Assembly (NCBI GenBank): GCA_016649905.1
Contig: JAENWU010000001.1
Coordinates: forward strand, 1 to 55,611
Reading direction: 5' to 3'
Length of the DNA: 55,611 nucleotides
Origin: Thermoleophilia bacterium
Lineage (GTDB): Bacteria; Actinomycetota; Thermoleophilia; Solirubrobacterales; 70-9
Below the pieces are notes generated by a model. The model saw nothing but the letters and a program-made list of their open reading frames with translations, searched no databases and was not told where the DNA came from. The translations under genes were made by a program, and so were the position numbers. Shown in pieces: positions 45,710 through 55,420 of the stretch. Numbering within the stretch: position 1 is the stretch's first letter; each line of letters opens with the position of its first letter.

Positions 45710-46666
45710 TTGTCCACGAGGGACTTCGCACAGGTTGGCGCCGAGCAGGCACCCAGCTTCCGCTTCGAACACTGGGCGGCGGTGCGGTGGTGTGCGCTGG
45801 CGATCTACTTCGTCGCGCTTGTCCTTTGGAGCGCGCAATACGGGATCCCGGTCCAGCGCGAGCTGGTGATCGCCTGGACCTGCGGGGCACTGGTCGTCGG
45901 CTCGATCGGGCGGCACCCGCGACAGATCCTCCAGCTCGCGCTGGATTGGTCGCCGATCGTCGCGGTGCTCTTCGCCTACGACCTCACCCGCGGCGCCGCC
46001 GACTCGTTCGGGATCGGCGTCCACCTGCACCCGATGATCGACCTCGACCGCTTCCTCTTCTTCGGCGAGACGCCGACCGAGTGGCTGCAGGACCAGCTCT
46101 ACGAGCCCAACGTCGTCCACTGGTACGACGTCGCCTTCACCCTCGTCTACACCTCCTACTTCATCGTTCCCTTCGCGGTCGCGGGTGTCCTCTGGGCGCG
46201 CGACCGGCTCGCCTTCCTGCGCTTCTCCAAGCACCTGGTGACGCTGGCGCTGGCCGGCCTCGCCACCTACATCCTCTTCCCGGCAGCGCCGCCCTGGATG
46301 GCCGGGGAGATGGGGCTGCTCGGCGAAGTCCACCGCACCACCGCCAAGGGTTGGGAGGTGCTCGGGGTCGGTACCGCCAGCCTCTTCTCCAAGGGCCAGG
46401 GGATCGGCAACCTGGTCGCCGCCGTGCCCTCGCTGCACTCGGCCTTCTGCGCGCTGGTGGCACTGTTCCTCTGGCCGCGGCTGCGCCCGAGCCTGCGACC
46501 GCTGCTGTTGCTCTACCCACTGGCGATGGGCGTGACGCTGATGGCGACCGGCGAGCACTACTTCTTCGACGTGGTGCTCGGCTGGCTCTACGCCGCCGCG
46601 GTGATGGTCGCCTGGGCCTGGTGGGAAGCGCGTCCTTCGCGAAGGCGGCAGGCCGGGCAACCCTAG
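45710..46666 (+). CDS. PAP2-superfamily membrane protein (PAP2_C / inositolphosphotransferase-like)
   Basis: FPAAPPWMA, VPSLHSAF and GEHYFFDVVLGW, with a TTG start and several TM helices. Confidence 0.75.
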   Translation: MSTRDFAQVGAEQAPSFRFEHWAAVRWCALAIYFVALVLWSAQYGIPVQRELVIAWTCGALVVGSIGRHPRQILQLALDWSPIVAVLFAYDLTRGAADSFGIGVHLHPMIDLDRFLFFGETPTEWLQDQLYEPNVVHWYDVAFTLVYTSYFIVPFAVAGVLWARDRLAFLRFSKHLVTLALAGLATYILFPAAPPWMAGEMGLLGEVHRTTAKGWEVLGVGTASLFSKGQGIGNLVAAVPSLHSAFCALVALFLWPRLRPSLRPLLLLYPLAMGVTLMATGEHYFFDVVLGWLYAAAVMVAWAWWEARPSRRRQAGQP

Positions 46667-46807
46667 GCTTAAACATCCCGGTTCGCCGCGGCTTGTAGCG
46701 GCTACAAGCGCGATCGGAGTCCCTGCTGCGGTAGGCCGCAGCCGCGGCGAGAGTCGGGAGACCCCCATCCGCTCTTTCCCCGGGCGGGTCCAACCAGGAG
46801 GTTTCCC

Positions 46808-47257
46808 ATGAAGCTCCGTCTGATCCTCATCGCGGCGCTTGCCGCGTTGCTGATCGTCCCGGCCACCGGCAGCGCCGCCGGCGGCAAATCGATCGACAGG
46901 CTCGTCGATGCGCACATTGAAGCGCTCGCCGATTGTGACGCCGACGCGCTCGTCGCCGGCTACACCAACGACGCCACCCTGTTCTTCCCCGACGGCGTCA
47001 TCGTCCAGGGCCGCGCCGCCTTGCAGGACCTCTACGACGGCTTCGTCAAGCCGCCGGAGCAGAAAGGGCTGTGCGGCCTCGACGCCAAGCCGCAGAAATC
47101 GTGGACCAGCGGCAGGACGACCTTCGTCAAGTTCAAGGTCACCGCGCCGTTCCTCGCCAAGCCGTACTTCTCCACCGACGGCTACGTGTTCAAGGGCAAC
47201 AAGATCGCCGCCGAGGTCTCCACCTTCGACTCCTCGAAACTGACGTTCAAGCCCTGA
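46808..47257 (+). CDS. Secreted NTF2/SnoaL-like domain protein
   Basis: Signal peptide MKLRLILIAALAALLIVPATGSA. DAHIEALADCDADALVAGYTNDATLFFPDG is the SnoaL-like pattern. RBS AGGAGG lies upstream. Confidence 0.7.
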   Translation: MKLRLILIAALAALLIVPATGSAAGGKSIDRLVDAHIEALADCDADALVAGYTNDATLFFPDGVIVQGRAALQDLYDGFVKPPEQKGLCGLDAKPQKSWTSGRTTFVKFKVTAPFLAKPYFSTDGYVFKGNKIAAEVSTFDSSKLTFKP

Positions 47258-47262
47258 CCAGG

Positions 47263-47294
47263 CAGAGAGGGCGGGCTTGCGGCCCGCCTCTCTG
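47263..47294 (+). terminator. Stem-loop downstream of the SnoaL-like gene
   Basis: CAGAGAGGGCGGGC TTGC GGCCCGCCTCTCTG (one bulge). The U-tract is weak. Confidence 0.45.
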
Positions 47295-47384
47295 TAGTTC
47301 CGACAGGCGGTCTCCTCAGAAGCCCGATCGGGGAGCGAGAGCCGATCTACGCTCGCACCGACCCCCCTCGAAGGAGAGCACGCC

Positions 47385-48152
47385 GTGGACGATTTCTTCA
47401 CCGGCTTCAACCAGCCGGTCACCGCTCCGCTGTATCCCGATCCGCCGTACTACTACCGGGGCGCGAAAGTGATCCTCGGCATCTACCAGGCGGACACCGA
47501 GAAGGTCGCCAGGCACCTGCCGCCGGGCGTGACCCCGGCCACCGATCCGGTCACCTGTATCGCCTGGGTCTGCAACTACCCCTTCACGACCTTCGGCACC
47601 TACAACGAGACGATCATGATCGTCCAGGCCGAGTTCGAGGGCACTACCTATCTCTACTGCCCCTTCATCTACCTCGATGCCGACGCGCCGATGGCCGCTG
47701 GGCGCGAGGTCTGGGGCTGGCCGAAGAAGCTCGCCGAGTGCAAGTTCGACATGGGTGGTCCCGGGCCGGGCTTCCGCGAGGGCATCCAGTTCACGACCGA
47801 GCGGCCGACCGGCAAGCGCCTGCTGACCGTGACGATGAACCCGGAACGGCCGGCGACGATGGAGGACGTCGGCGCGACCCCGCACCTGACCCTGCGCTAC
47901 ATCCCCGGCGCCGAGAAAGGGGCGCCGCCGAGCGTCTGCGAGCTGATCGCCACCGAGCCGGAAACGGTGCCCTGCCTCGCGGCCGACGGCTCACCGGATA
48001 TCTGGAGCGGCCGCTGCATGGTCAGCATGGACTCGCCCTCGGCCGCCGACCCGCTCCAGGACATGGCGCCGACGGCGATGATCGGCGGCATCTACGGCAC
48101 CTTCGACTGGACCCTGCCGCAGGGCAAGGTGGTCAAGGACTACCTGGCCTGA
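47385..48152 (+). CDS. Acetoacetate decarboxylase (ADC) family protein
   Basis: PPYYYRGAKVILGIY, YNETIMIV and AAGREVWGWPKK are typical ADC-family motifs. Confidence 0.8.
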   Translation: MDDFFTGFNQPVTAPLYPDPPYYYRGAKVILGIYQADTEKVARHLPPGVTPATDPVTCIAWVCNYPFTTFGTYNETIMIVQAEFEGTTYLYCPFIYLDADAPMAAGREVWGWPKKLAECKFDMGGPGPGFREGIQFTTERPTGKRLLTVTMNPERPATMEDVGATPHLTLRYIPGAEKGAPPSVCELIATEPETVPCLAADGSPDIWSGRCMVSMDSPSAADPLQDMAPTAMIGGIYGTFDWTLPQGKVVKDYLA

Positions 48153-48165
48153 GCAGGGCCTTCGG

Positions 48166-48576
48166 TCAGCGGCCGTAGCGGTCGCTGAGGCGGACCACAT
48201 CGTCGAGCTGCGGGGTCGAGACCTCGAGCACGGTCGCGTCCTCGAGGGCTTCGATCGTGTGGACGACACCGGGTTCGTTGCGCCAGGAGGTGCCCGGCCC
48301 GATCGTCCTTTCCGTCAGCTCGTCGGCGCTGGGGCCCTGCAAGAGCAGCAACTGGCCGGAGAGGAGGTAGGAGGTCTCGTCCTTTTCGCGGTGCATCTGA
48401 ACGGAGAGGCGCTGGCCGGCGTCGACGATCAGCAGCTTGCCCGCGTAATCGTCGGTCTGGGCCCACCAGATCTCGTGCCCCCAGGGCTTCTCGACACGGC
48501 TCTGAGGGTCGCTGCCGGGCGGAGTGTTCTTCTCGGGTACCTCGTTCAAGCGGCGGACCCTACCCGGTAATGCCAC
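48166..48576 (-). CDS. Cupin-domain protein (type II phosphomannose-isomerase-like C-domain)
   Basis: KPWGHEIWW, GQRLSVQMHREKDETSYLLSG and GVVHTIEA. The start may instead be TTG 48549, since the extension contains a TTA codon. Confidence 0.75.
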   Translation of the reverse strand: MALPGRVRRLNEVPEKNTPPGSDPQSRVEKPWGHEIWWAQTDDYAGKLLIVDAGQRLSVQMHREKDETSYLLSGQLLLLQGPSADELTERTIGPGTSWRNEPGVVHTIEALEDATVLEVSTPQLDDVVRLSDRYGR

Positions 48577-48706
48577 TCACCACAGAAATTTCTCAGGTCT
48601 TGTACACGTGGACGAATGTTTCACATGTAGGACCCGCAAATATGGCTACTATGCTGCGCTCGCTCTCACGAACGGGCGTTCGATTCGACATACAACTAGT
48701 GGTGCA

Positions 48707-48799
48707 TCAGGCAACGTTCGCCGTGTCCACGACCGCCCGCAGCTTCGCGTCGTCGGCGTTGTAGTTGCGCCAGGCGATGTAGCGGCGAAGGGTCCGAAG
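48707..48799 (-). pseudogene. DDE (IS630-like) transposase C-terminal remnant
   Basis: LRTLRRYIAWRNYNADDAKLRAVVDTANVA* resembles the conserved C-terminus of actinobacterial IS630-type transposases (from memory). There is no upstream body. Confidence 0.45.
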
Positions 48800-49012
48800 A
48801 CTCGAGCCTGCAGGAGCCAGCCGGCCCGGTCGAAGCGAGCCTCCCCAACAACGGCATGGTCGTGGTCGAAATCGAGGGTGGCGAGCGAATCCTGCTCGCC
48901 TCGCGCTGGAAGCTGAACGACCCCAACCCGAGCCAGAACTGGTGCGCGATCGCCGGCCAGGTGATGGCGCCGGAAACCCCCGGCTCCGGCACCGGCCTCT
49001 AGCTCCGGCGGT

Positions 49013-50857
49013 CTATTCGCGCTGGCCGACGAGCCGGTTCTTCCCCGGGCCGCCGTTGAGGTTGTTGGGCCCGGGCCCGCCGATCAGGAGATCGTCGCCG
49101 GGGCCGCCGTAGAGGAAGTCGGAGTTGTAGGTGGGGTTGGGACCGCCGCGCAGGAGGTCGTCGCCGGCGCCGCCGTACAGCGAGTCGCCGCCTTTGCTGC
49201 CGATCAGCGCGTCGTCGCCCGGTCCGCCTTTGAGCGTTCCGAGCTCGGGTCGCAGGACCAGCCGGTCATCGCCCGGGCCGCCGAGCACGAGGTCGCCGCC
49301 GCCGTGTTCGCCGTTGCTGCCGGCGTCGACGTGGTCGCGTCCGGCGCCGGCACAGATCACGTCGGGAGCGGAGAGCGAGCGAATGTGGTCATCGCCGCCC
49401 AGCGCGAGGATCACGTCGGCGCGTTTGGTCCCGATCAGTTTGTCGTTGCGCTCGGTGCCGATGATCGTCGCCGGCCGGCCGGCGCAGCCCGGCAGCGGCA
49501 CCTCCTCGACATAGGTTGGTTGGCGGCGGAAGACGTCGGCGACCTCGTCGTCGTCGCTGCCGCTGAGGTTGGCCGCTCGCGAGTCGAAGGCGACGAAGCG
49601 GCCGTCGGCGGAGATCGAGGCGTTGAAGGAGGGGCCGTCGCCGGGAACGCCGAACTCGCCGGAGGCGCGGGCGGCGTCGACAGTGACGCCGCGTTTCATG
49701 TCGCGGACGAAGACGTCAACGCGGTTGGCGCCGTCGACCGCCGTCACCCCGTTGCCCTGGGTCTGGAAGGCGACGTAACGGCCGTCGGCTGAGACCGACG
49801 GGTTGCGGTTCGGGTTGCCGGCGCGGATGATCTCGCCGACGGTGACGAGCTGGGTGGTGGCGGCGACGGTGTCGCGGAGGAAGGCGTTGGGGCCGAAGCC
49901 GCGCTGCCCCGTCAGCTTCGCGTCGGACTCGAAGGCGACGAAACGGCCGTCGGCGGAGATCGCCGGTTCGGAGGACTCGACCTCGCTCGCTTTGCCGGCC
50001 GGACCGCTCTTGCGGGAGACGAGGATCGTCGTCAGCGCAGCGCGGTCACGCAGGAACACGTCGGCGGGGAAGCTCGGCTCGTCGACGTCGTCGGCGCTCA
50101 GCGGCGCCCGCGAGGTGAAGGCGACGTAGCGGCCGTCGGTGGAGATCGAGGGCTCGGTCGAGAGGTTGTCCCCCGGCGTCCCGGCCAGGCCACTGGCACG
50201 TGAGATCAGCTCGGTGACGCCGAGGTCGAGGTCGCGGACGAAGACGTCGGCCATCGCGTCGGCGTCCTCGGCGCTGAGGTTGTTCGCCAGCGACTCGAAG
50301 GCGACGTGGCGGCCGTCGGCCGGGATCGAGGGGGCGGTCGAGTATTCGTCGGCCGCGGGCCCGGCGACCCCGGTGGCGCGGGAGACCAGCTCCGTGGTCC
50401 CGGTCGTCAGGTCGCGGACGAAGATGTCGCTGCCGGCGACGTCCTCGGCGCTGAGGTTCTCCGCGAGCGAGCGGAAGGCGATGTAGCGGCCGTCGGCGGA
50501 GATCGAGGGTTCGGCTGAGTTGCCGTCGGCGGCCGCGCCTTCAGTCCCGCTGACCCGTGAGACGAGCTCGGTCTTGCGCGCGACAAGGTCCCGCACGTAG
50601 ACCTCCAGCCGACCTTGTTTGGCGGCGGGGGAGAGGTTGCGGGCCCGCGAGGCGAAGGCGATGTAGCGGCCGTCGGCGGAGATCGAGGGTTCGCGGGAGT
50701 TGCCGTCGCCACCGGGCCCGTCGCTGCCGGCGCGGGAGACGAGCGCCGTCACTGGCGCCTCGGGCTCCTCGGCGCCGGGCGCCGAGGAAGCCGCGAGCGC
50801 CGAGGCCGTCGCCACGGTCGCGATCCCGAGCACCGTCCTCGCCCTGATCCCAAGCAT
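49013..50857 (-). CDS. Secreted PD40 (TolB-like) beta-propeller repeat protein with C-terminal RTX-type Ca-binding repeats
   Basis: Signal peptide MLGIRARTVLGIATVATASALA. At least 8 units of EPSISADGRYIAF.S.A.NLS...D.....DVFVRDL follow. The C-terminus is GGPGDDxLxGGxG nonapeptides. Confidence 0.85.
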   Translation of the reverse strand: MLGIRARTVLGIATVATASALAASSAPGAEEPEAPVTALVSRAGSDGPGGDGNSREPSISADGRYIAFASRARNLSPAAKQGRLEVYVRDLVARKTELVSRVSGTEGAAADGNSAEPSISADGRYIAFRSLAENLSAEDVAGSDIFVRDLTTGTTELVSRATGVAGPAADEYSTAPSIPADGRHVAFESLANNLSAEDADAMADVFVRDLDLGVTELISRASGLAGTPGDNLSTEPSISTDGRYVAFTSRAPLSADDVDEPSFPADVFLRDRAALTTILVSRKSGPAGKASEVESSEPAISADGRFVAFESDAKLTGQRGFGPNAFLRDTVAATTQLVTVGEIIRAGNPNRNPSVSADGRYVAFQTQGNGVTAVDGANRVDVFVRDMKRGVTVDAARASGEFGVPGDGPSFNASISADGRFVAFDSRAANLSGSDDDEVADVFRRQPTYVEEVPLPGCAGRPATIIGTERNDKLIGTKRADVILALGGDDHIRSLSAPDVICAGAGRDHVDAGSNGEHGGGDLVLGGPGDDRLVLRPELGTLKGGPGDDALIGSKGGDSLYGGAGDDLLRGGPNPTYNSDFLYGGPGDDLLIGGPGPNNLNGGPGKNRLVGQRE

Positions 50858-50904
50858 CGCCCTGAGATTAAAGCCTCGGTGGGCAATCGGCCGATCTATC
50901 CAGC

Positions 50905-51873
50905 ATGGACGGCCATATCGACCGCCTGCGGGCAATCATCGCCACCCAGACCGAGATCGCCGCCAGCGACCTCAACCTGCTGGCGACGATGCAGCTGATC
51001 GCCGAGCGCAGCCAGGAACTGACCTGCGCCAGTGGCGCCGTGGTCGAGATCGCCGAGGGCGACGAGATGGTCTACGAGGTGACGGCCGGCGACGCCACTC
51101 CCTACCTCGGCATGCGCCTCAAGCAGAGCGAGGGCCTCTCCGGGCTCTGCGTCGCCGAAGGCCGGGTGCTGCGCAGCGACGACACCCGCGATGACCCGCG
51201 GGTCGACGCCGAGGCCTGCAAGCAGATCAACGCCGCCTCGATCATCTGCGTTCCCCTGATCCACCGCCGCGTCACGGTCGGTGTGCTCAAGGTCTACTCC
51301 GGCCTCGTCAACAACTTCGACGACGACGGTGTCGAGGCGCTGGAACTCCTTACCGAGGTGATCAGCGCCCACATCGCCAACGCCAGCCGCTTCGAGGTCG
51401 AGTCCCACGACAGCCACCACGACTCTCTGACCGGCCTCGCCAACCGCCGCGCCTACGAGGAGCGGCTCGCGGTCGAGACCTCGCGGGCGACGCGCTACGG
51501 CCAGCCGCTGTCCATCTGCCTGCTCGACCTCGACGGCTTCAAGGGTGTCAACGAACGCTTCGGCCACCCGGCCGGCGACGAGGTGCTGCGCGAGGTCGCC
51601 CGCATGATCGACGAATCACGGGTCGCCGACGACGCCTTCCGGATCGGCGGCGACGAGTTCGGGATCCTGATGCCCCAGACCGACCCCGCCCAGGCCCGCC
51701 TCGCCGCCGAGCGCCTGGCCAAAGCAATCGTCGCCGCCAAGCTCGGCGACAACTCGATCGGCGTCTCCTTCGGAATTGCGCCGGCGACAGACGATCCGGA
51801 GCGCTCCCATCTGGCGGCAGACACTGCCCTGCTTCGAGCCAAGGACCGCCTCTACGGGCAGCCCGACAACTGA
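50905..51873 (+). CDS. GAF-domain diguanylate cyclase (GGDEF)
   Basis: The N-terminal GAF-like region is followed by DSLTGLANRRAYEERL, LLDLDGFKGVNERFGHPAGD and FRIGGDEFGIL. Confidence 0.9.
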   Translation: MDGHIDRLRAIIATQTEIAASDLNLLATMQLIAERSQELTCASGAVVEIAEGDEMVYEVTAGDATPYLGMRLKQSEGLSGLCVAEGRVLRSDDTRDDPRVDAEACKQINAASIICVPLIHRRVTVGVLKVYSGLVNNFDDDGVEALELLTEVISAHIANASRFEVESHDSHHDSLTGLANRRAYEERLAVETSRATRYGQPLSICLLDLDGFKGVNERFGHPAGDEVLREVARMIDESRVADDAFRIGGDEFGILMPQTDPAQARLAAERLAKAIVAAKLGDNSIGVSFGIAPATDDPERSHLAADTALLRAKDRLYGQPDN

Positions 51874-51933
51874 CGCGCACCTGGTTGGCGCTCGTCGCCC
51901 TGTGGGCTACAAGCGCCAACCGCGGCGCGGTGT

Positions 51934-52314
51934 TCAGCCGACGAGCAGCTCTTCCAACCGGTCATGCGTTTCATTGAGCCCGCGCTCCATGCCGGCCGCC
52001 AGCATCCCGTCGCGTTCCTCGGGCGTGTGGAAGGTCGTCGTGGTGACGATCCTCGTGCGACCGTCGCCGAGGTCCTCGAACTCGGAGCTGTCGACCGAGA
52101 CGTGGCCCGGCATCCCGTCCCATTCGAACGTCTGGACCAGGCGCTCCGGGGCGCTGACCTCGCGGAAGGTGCCGCGGAAGCCGATTTCGCTGCCGTCGGA
52201 GTTCTCGATCCGGAAGCGCCAGCGGCCGCCGCTGACCGGCTCCATCTCCTCGACGATCGCGGTCGTGCCGCGTGGGCCCCACCACTCGGGGGTCAGCTTT
52301 GGGTCGATGTAGGT
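51934..52314 (-). pseudogene. SRPBCC/AHSA1-family protein lacking its N-terminal about 20 residues
   Basis: TYIDPKLTPEWWGPRGTTAIVEEMEPVSGGRWRFRIE...HTPEERDGMLAAGMERGLNETHDRLEELL. Homology starts abruptly at about 52314, where a glutaminase fragment begins on the other strand. Confidence 0.6.
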
Positions 52315-53178
52315 GGCGAATGGCGGCGTCAACCCGGTCAGCGGCGAGCGGGCGCTGGCCCGCGAGCACGTCGACCGGGTGCTGAGCGTGATGACCACCT
52401 GCGGCATGTACGACTCGGCGGGGGAGTGGGTGGTCGACGTCGGGATGCCGGCCAAGAGCGGCGTCGCCGGCGGCGTCCTCGCGGTGCTGCCGGGCCAGCT
52501 CGGGATCGCCGTCTTCTCGCCGCCGTTGGACCCGCACGGCAACAGCGTCCGCGGGATCGAGGTCTGCCGCCAGATCTCCGAGGACCTCGAGCTGCACCTG
52601 CTCCACGTCGCCCGCTCCTCGCGCTCGGCGGTCCGCCGCACCTACACCGTCGCCGACGTCCCCTCGCGCCGCCGCCGTCCCGAGGGCCAGTGCGACATGC
52701 TCGAGTGGGTCGGCCGCCGCTGCCTCGTCCACGTCCTCCACGGCGACCTCGTCTTCGCGGCGATGGAGAGCGTGATCCGCGGCATCGTCGAGCAGGCCGA
52801 CGAGATCGAGATCGCCGTGATCGACCTCACCGAGGTGACCGAGATGGACCTCGCCGCGGCCCGCATGCTGGCGGCGCTGGGGACCTGGCTCGAGGAGGAA
52901 GGGACGGTGCTGGCGATCGTCGCCCCCAGCGGCGGCGGCTGGCGACCCTGACCCCGGGCCTCGCCTTCGGCGAGGTGGCGCTCGCCGACGTGCCGGCGCG
53001 GCCGGTCGATGTCCGCGGCGAGAGCGACGGCGAATGCCTGGTGCTGACGATCGAGGGCTTCGACCGCCTCGGCGAGAGTGACCCGGCTCTGCAGGCGGCG
53101 CTGATGCGGAACCTGCTGGTCAGCTTCTACGAAACGATCGGCCGGATGACCCGCGAGATCGGCTCGCTCGGCCGCTAA
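52313..53178 (+). pseudogene. Glutaminase-STAS-cNMP-binding fusion gene, 5'-truncated and frameshifted
   Basis: (V)ANGGVNPVSGERAL...MTTCGMYDSAGEW...GMPAKSGVAGGVLAV...FSPPLDPHGNSVRG is the glutaminase C-half. A STAS-like region follows (LHGDLVFAAMESV...IDLTEVTEMDLAAARML). A stop lies at 52949-52951. The cNMP-domain tail (FGEVALAD...) continues in another frame to 53178. Confidence 0.65.
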
Positions 53179-54914
53179 TCGCGCTCGCGCAGCTCGCGCC
53201 GCAGCGCCTTGCCGGTCAGCGTCTTCGGGATCTCCGCGACGAAAACGACCTCGCGCGGCGCCTTGTAGACGGCGAGGGCGTCCCGGCAGTGCTCGACCAG
53301 CTGCTCAGGGGTGGCCTCAGCGCCGCCGCGCAGGGCGACGTAGGCGCGCACCGATTCGCCGCGGTAGTCGTCGGGGACGCCGACGACGCTGGCCTCGAGC
53401 ACGGCGGGATGGGTGAAGAGGACGTCCTCGACGTCGCGCGGCCAGACCTTGTAGCCGGAGACATTGATCATGTCCTTGATTCGATCGACGATGTAGAACC
53501 AGCCCTCGGCGTCGCGCTTGCCGACGTCGCCGGTGTGCAGCCAGCCGTCGCGGAGGGCGCGGGCGCTCTCCTCGGGCCTCTCCCAGTAACCGCTGGTGAC
53601 GCTGGGCCCGCGGACGACGATCTCGCCGATCTCCCCCGGCTCCAGCTCGGCGCCGTCCTCGATGTCGACGATCTTCGCCTCGGTGTTGCAGATCGGCACC
53701 CCGATCGAGAGCGCGCCGCTCTCGGCGTCGACCGGGCTGCGCGCCCCGGCCGGGACCAGGTGGCAGGGCGCCGCCGACTCGGTCAGGCCGTAGGTGTTGT
53801 GGATGTAGACGCCGGTCGCCCGCTCCCAGCGCTCGACCGTCGCCGGGTTGACCGGGGCGCCGCCGCTGGCGACCTTGGTCAGCGAGGAGAGGTCGCGCTC
53901 GGCGAAGCCCGGGTCCTCGAGCATCGCGATGAAGGCGGTCAGCGGGCCGATCACGTAGGTGCCGCGCCAGCGCTCGATCAGCCGCAGCAGCTCCCCTGGC
54001 TCGAAGCGGTAGCCGAGCAGCAGCGGCGTCAGGCTCGCCCGCGCGGTGGCCAGGTGGCAGATCAGGCCGGTGATGTGGAAGAGCGGCGCCATCCCCACGG
54101 TGACGTCGCCCGGCCCCAGCTGGTACCAGCGGGTCATCGCCTCGGCGTTGTGGACGACGGCCCCGTGGGTGTTGACGGCGCCCTTGGAGGGCCCGGTGGT
54201 GCCGGAGGTGTAGGTGAGCAGGGCGGGGTCGCCGGGGTCCGGATCGGCAGCTTCGACGCGCTCGCCGGCGTGGGCGGACAGCAGGTCGGCGATCGCGACG
54301 CCACCGGGGCACTCGACCCGCTCGTGGCCGGCGAGGAGGTCGGGGACGGAGTCGAGGAATTCCAGCTCAGAGGCGGTGACGATGTGGCGCAGCGGCGTCG
54401 TCTCCCGCACCGCCTCGAGGCCGCCGAAAAGCGACTCCAGGCAGAAGGCGATCTTCACGCCGGCGTCGTCCAGTTGGTGCTCGAGCTCGCGCCGCTTGTT
54501 CATCGGGTTGACGCTGGTGACGACGCCGCCGGCGAGCCAGACCGCGTGGACGGCGATCGCCATCTGCGGGACGTTCTGGAGCATCAGCGCCACCCGGTCG
54601 CCCGGCTCGAGGCCGAGCTCGGCGCTCAGCGCCGCGGCGAGGGCGTGGGCGAGCTCGCCGGCCCGGCGCTGGTCGATCTTCGTCTCGAAGTAGAGGATCG
54701 CCGGCTCGTCGGGTTGCTCGCGCGCTCCGCGCTCGCAGAGCTCGACGCAGTTGCGCAGCGCCGGCGCGAAGGCGAGCGGAACGTCGTCGTCGTAGAGGTG
54801 GGCCCAGGGCGGCGCCGGGCCGGCGCCGCGGCCGTCGTCAGTAGTCGAGGTCGACAGGCTCGATGCCCTCGGCGCGGCAGAACTCGTGGTACTTGTGGGT
54901 GTGGGCGAGGACAT
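53175..54914 (-). CDS. AMP-dependent acyl-CoA synthetase/ligase (FadD-like)
   Basis: LTYTSGTTGPSKGAV, GEIVVRGPSVTSGYW, GWLHTGDVGKRDAEGWFYIVDRIKDMI and PKTLTGKALRRELR. The start is uncertain (ATG 54914 or 54950), and both overlap the upstream gene. Confidence 0.85.
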   Translation of the reverse strand: MSSPTPTSTTSSAAPRASSLSTSTTDDGRGAGPAPPWAHLYDDDVPLAFAPALRNCVELCERGAREQPDEPAILYFETKIDQRRAGELAHALAAALSAELGLEPGDRVALMLQNVPQMAIAVHAVWLAGGVVTSVNPMNKRRELEHQLDDAGVKIAFCLESLFGGLEAVRETTPLRHIVTASELEFLDSVPDLLAGHERVECPGGVAIADLLSAHAGERVEAADPDPGDPALLTYTSGTTGPSKGAVNTHGAVVHNAEAMTRWYQLGPGDVTVGMAPLFHITGLICHLATARASLTPLLLGYRFEPGELLRLIERWRGTYVIGPLTAFIAMLEDPGFAERDLSSLTKVASGGAPVNPATVERWERATGVYIHNTYGLTESAAPCHLVPAGARSPVDAESGALSIGVPICNTEAKIVDIEDGAELEPGEIGEIVVRGPSVTSGYWERPEESARALRDGWLHTGDVGKRDAEGWFYIVDRIKDMINVSGYKVWPRDVEDVLFTHPAVLEASVVGVPDDYRGESVRAYVALRGGAEATPEQLVEHCRDALAVYKAPREVVFVAEIPKTLTGKALRRELRERD

Positions 54915-55332
54915 CGTCGAATCCAACCACGTTGTCGTCCTCGTCGACATAGAGCAGCGCTCCCTCGAGCATGAACAGCGTCGTCGTGCCCTCGTCGTTG
55001 CTGATCAGGGTGTGGATGTCCCCCGGTGGCTCCCAGATCATCGTCCCCTCGCGGGCGACCCAGTCGCGCTCGGCGTAGTACCAGGAGCCCTCGAGCACGA
55101 ACCCGGTCACCGGGTTGACGTGGTAGTGGCGGTTGATCTGCATGCCGCCTTCGACTTTGGTGATGTTGGCCCAGAAGCCGGTTTTGCGGTTGAGCCGCAC
55201 CGGTTTGACGAAGATCCCCTCGGCGTAGGGGACCCAGGGGATCTCGTCGAGGACGATTACCCGCTCCTCGAGGGTGATCTCCTTCAGCGGGCGCAGGCCG
55301 AGCTGGTCGGCGGCGACGTCTGGAGTCGACAT
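54838..55332 (-). CDS. Cupin-fold dioxygenase-like protein (2,4'-dihydroxyacetophenone dioxygenase family, tentative)
   Basis: 164 aa from MSTPDVAADQ. INRHYHVNPVTGFVLEGSWYY and PPGDIHTL are cupin motifs. Confidence 0.65.
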   Translation of the reverse strand: MSTPDVAADQLGLRPLKEITLEERVIVLDEIPWVPYAEGIFVKPVRLNRKTGFWANITKVEGGMQINRHYHVNPVTGFVLEGSWYYAERDWVAREGTMIWEPPGDIHTLISNDEGTTTLFMLEGALLYVDEDDNVVGFDDVLAHTHKYHEFCRAEGIEPVDLDY

Positions 55333-55420
55333 CAGCCGACCGTACGCCCGGGGCTGAGGCGCCGCCGGGTCGCGGCGCCGCTCGGCTGGAGGATTCACAA
55401 GCGGCTGTTGCGAGAATGGC

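Noticed and set aside
45581-47422. 613-aa ORF on the minus strand spanning two annotated plus-strand genes
   Set aside because: It is Arg/Gly/Pro/Ala-rich with no motifs, and lies antisense to the well-supported PAP2 and SnoaL-like genes. This is a typical high-GC shadow ORF.
48856-49002. 48-codon ORF (MVVVEIEGGERILLASRWKLNDPNPSQNWCAIAGQV...) beside the transposase remnant
   Set aside because: It is too short to evaluate, has no RBS, and may be another gene fragment in this scarred intergenic region.
51964-53178. 404-aa plus-strand ORF
   Set aside because: It is Arg/Gly/Pro-rich and antisense to the SRPBCC gene for most of its length. Only the last about 75 codons (the cNMP-binding tail) are meaningful, and they are assigned to the glutaminase pseudogene.
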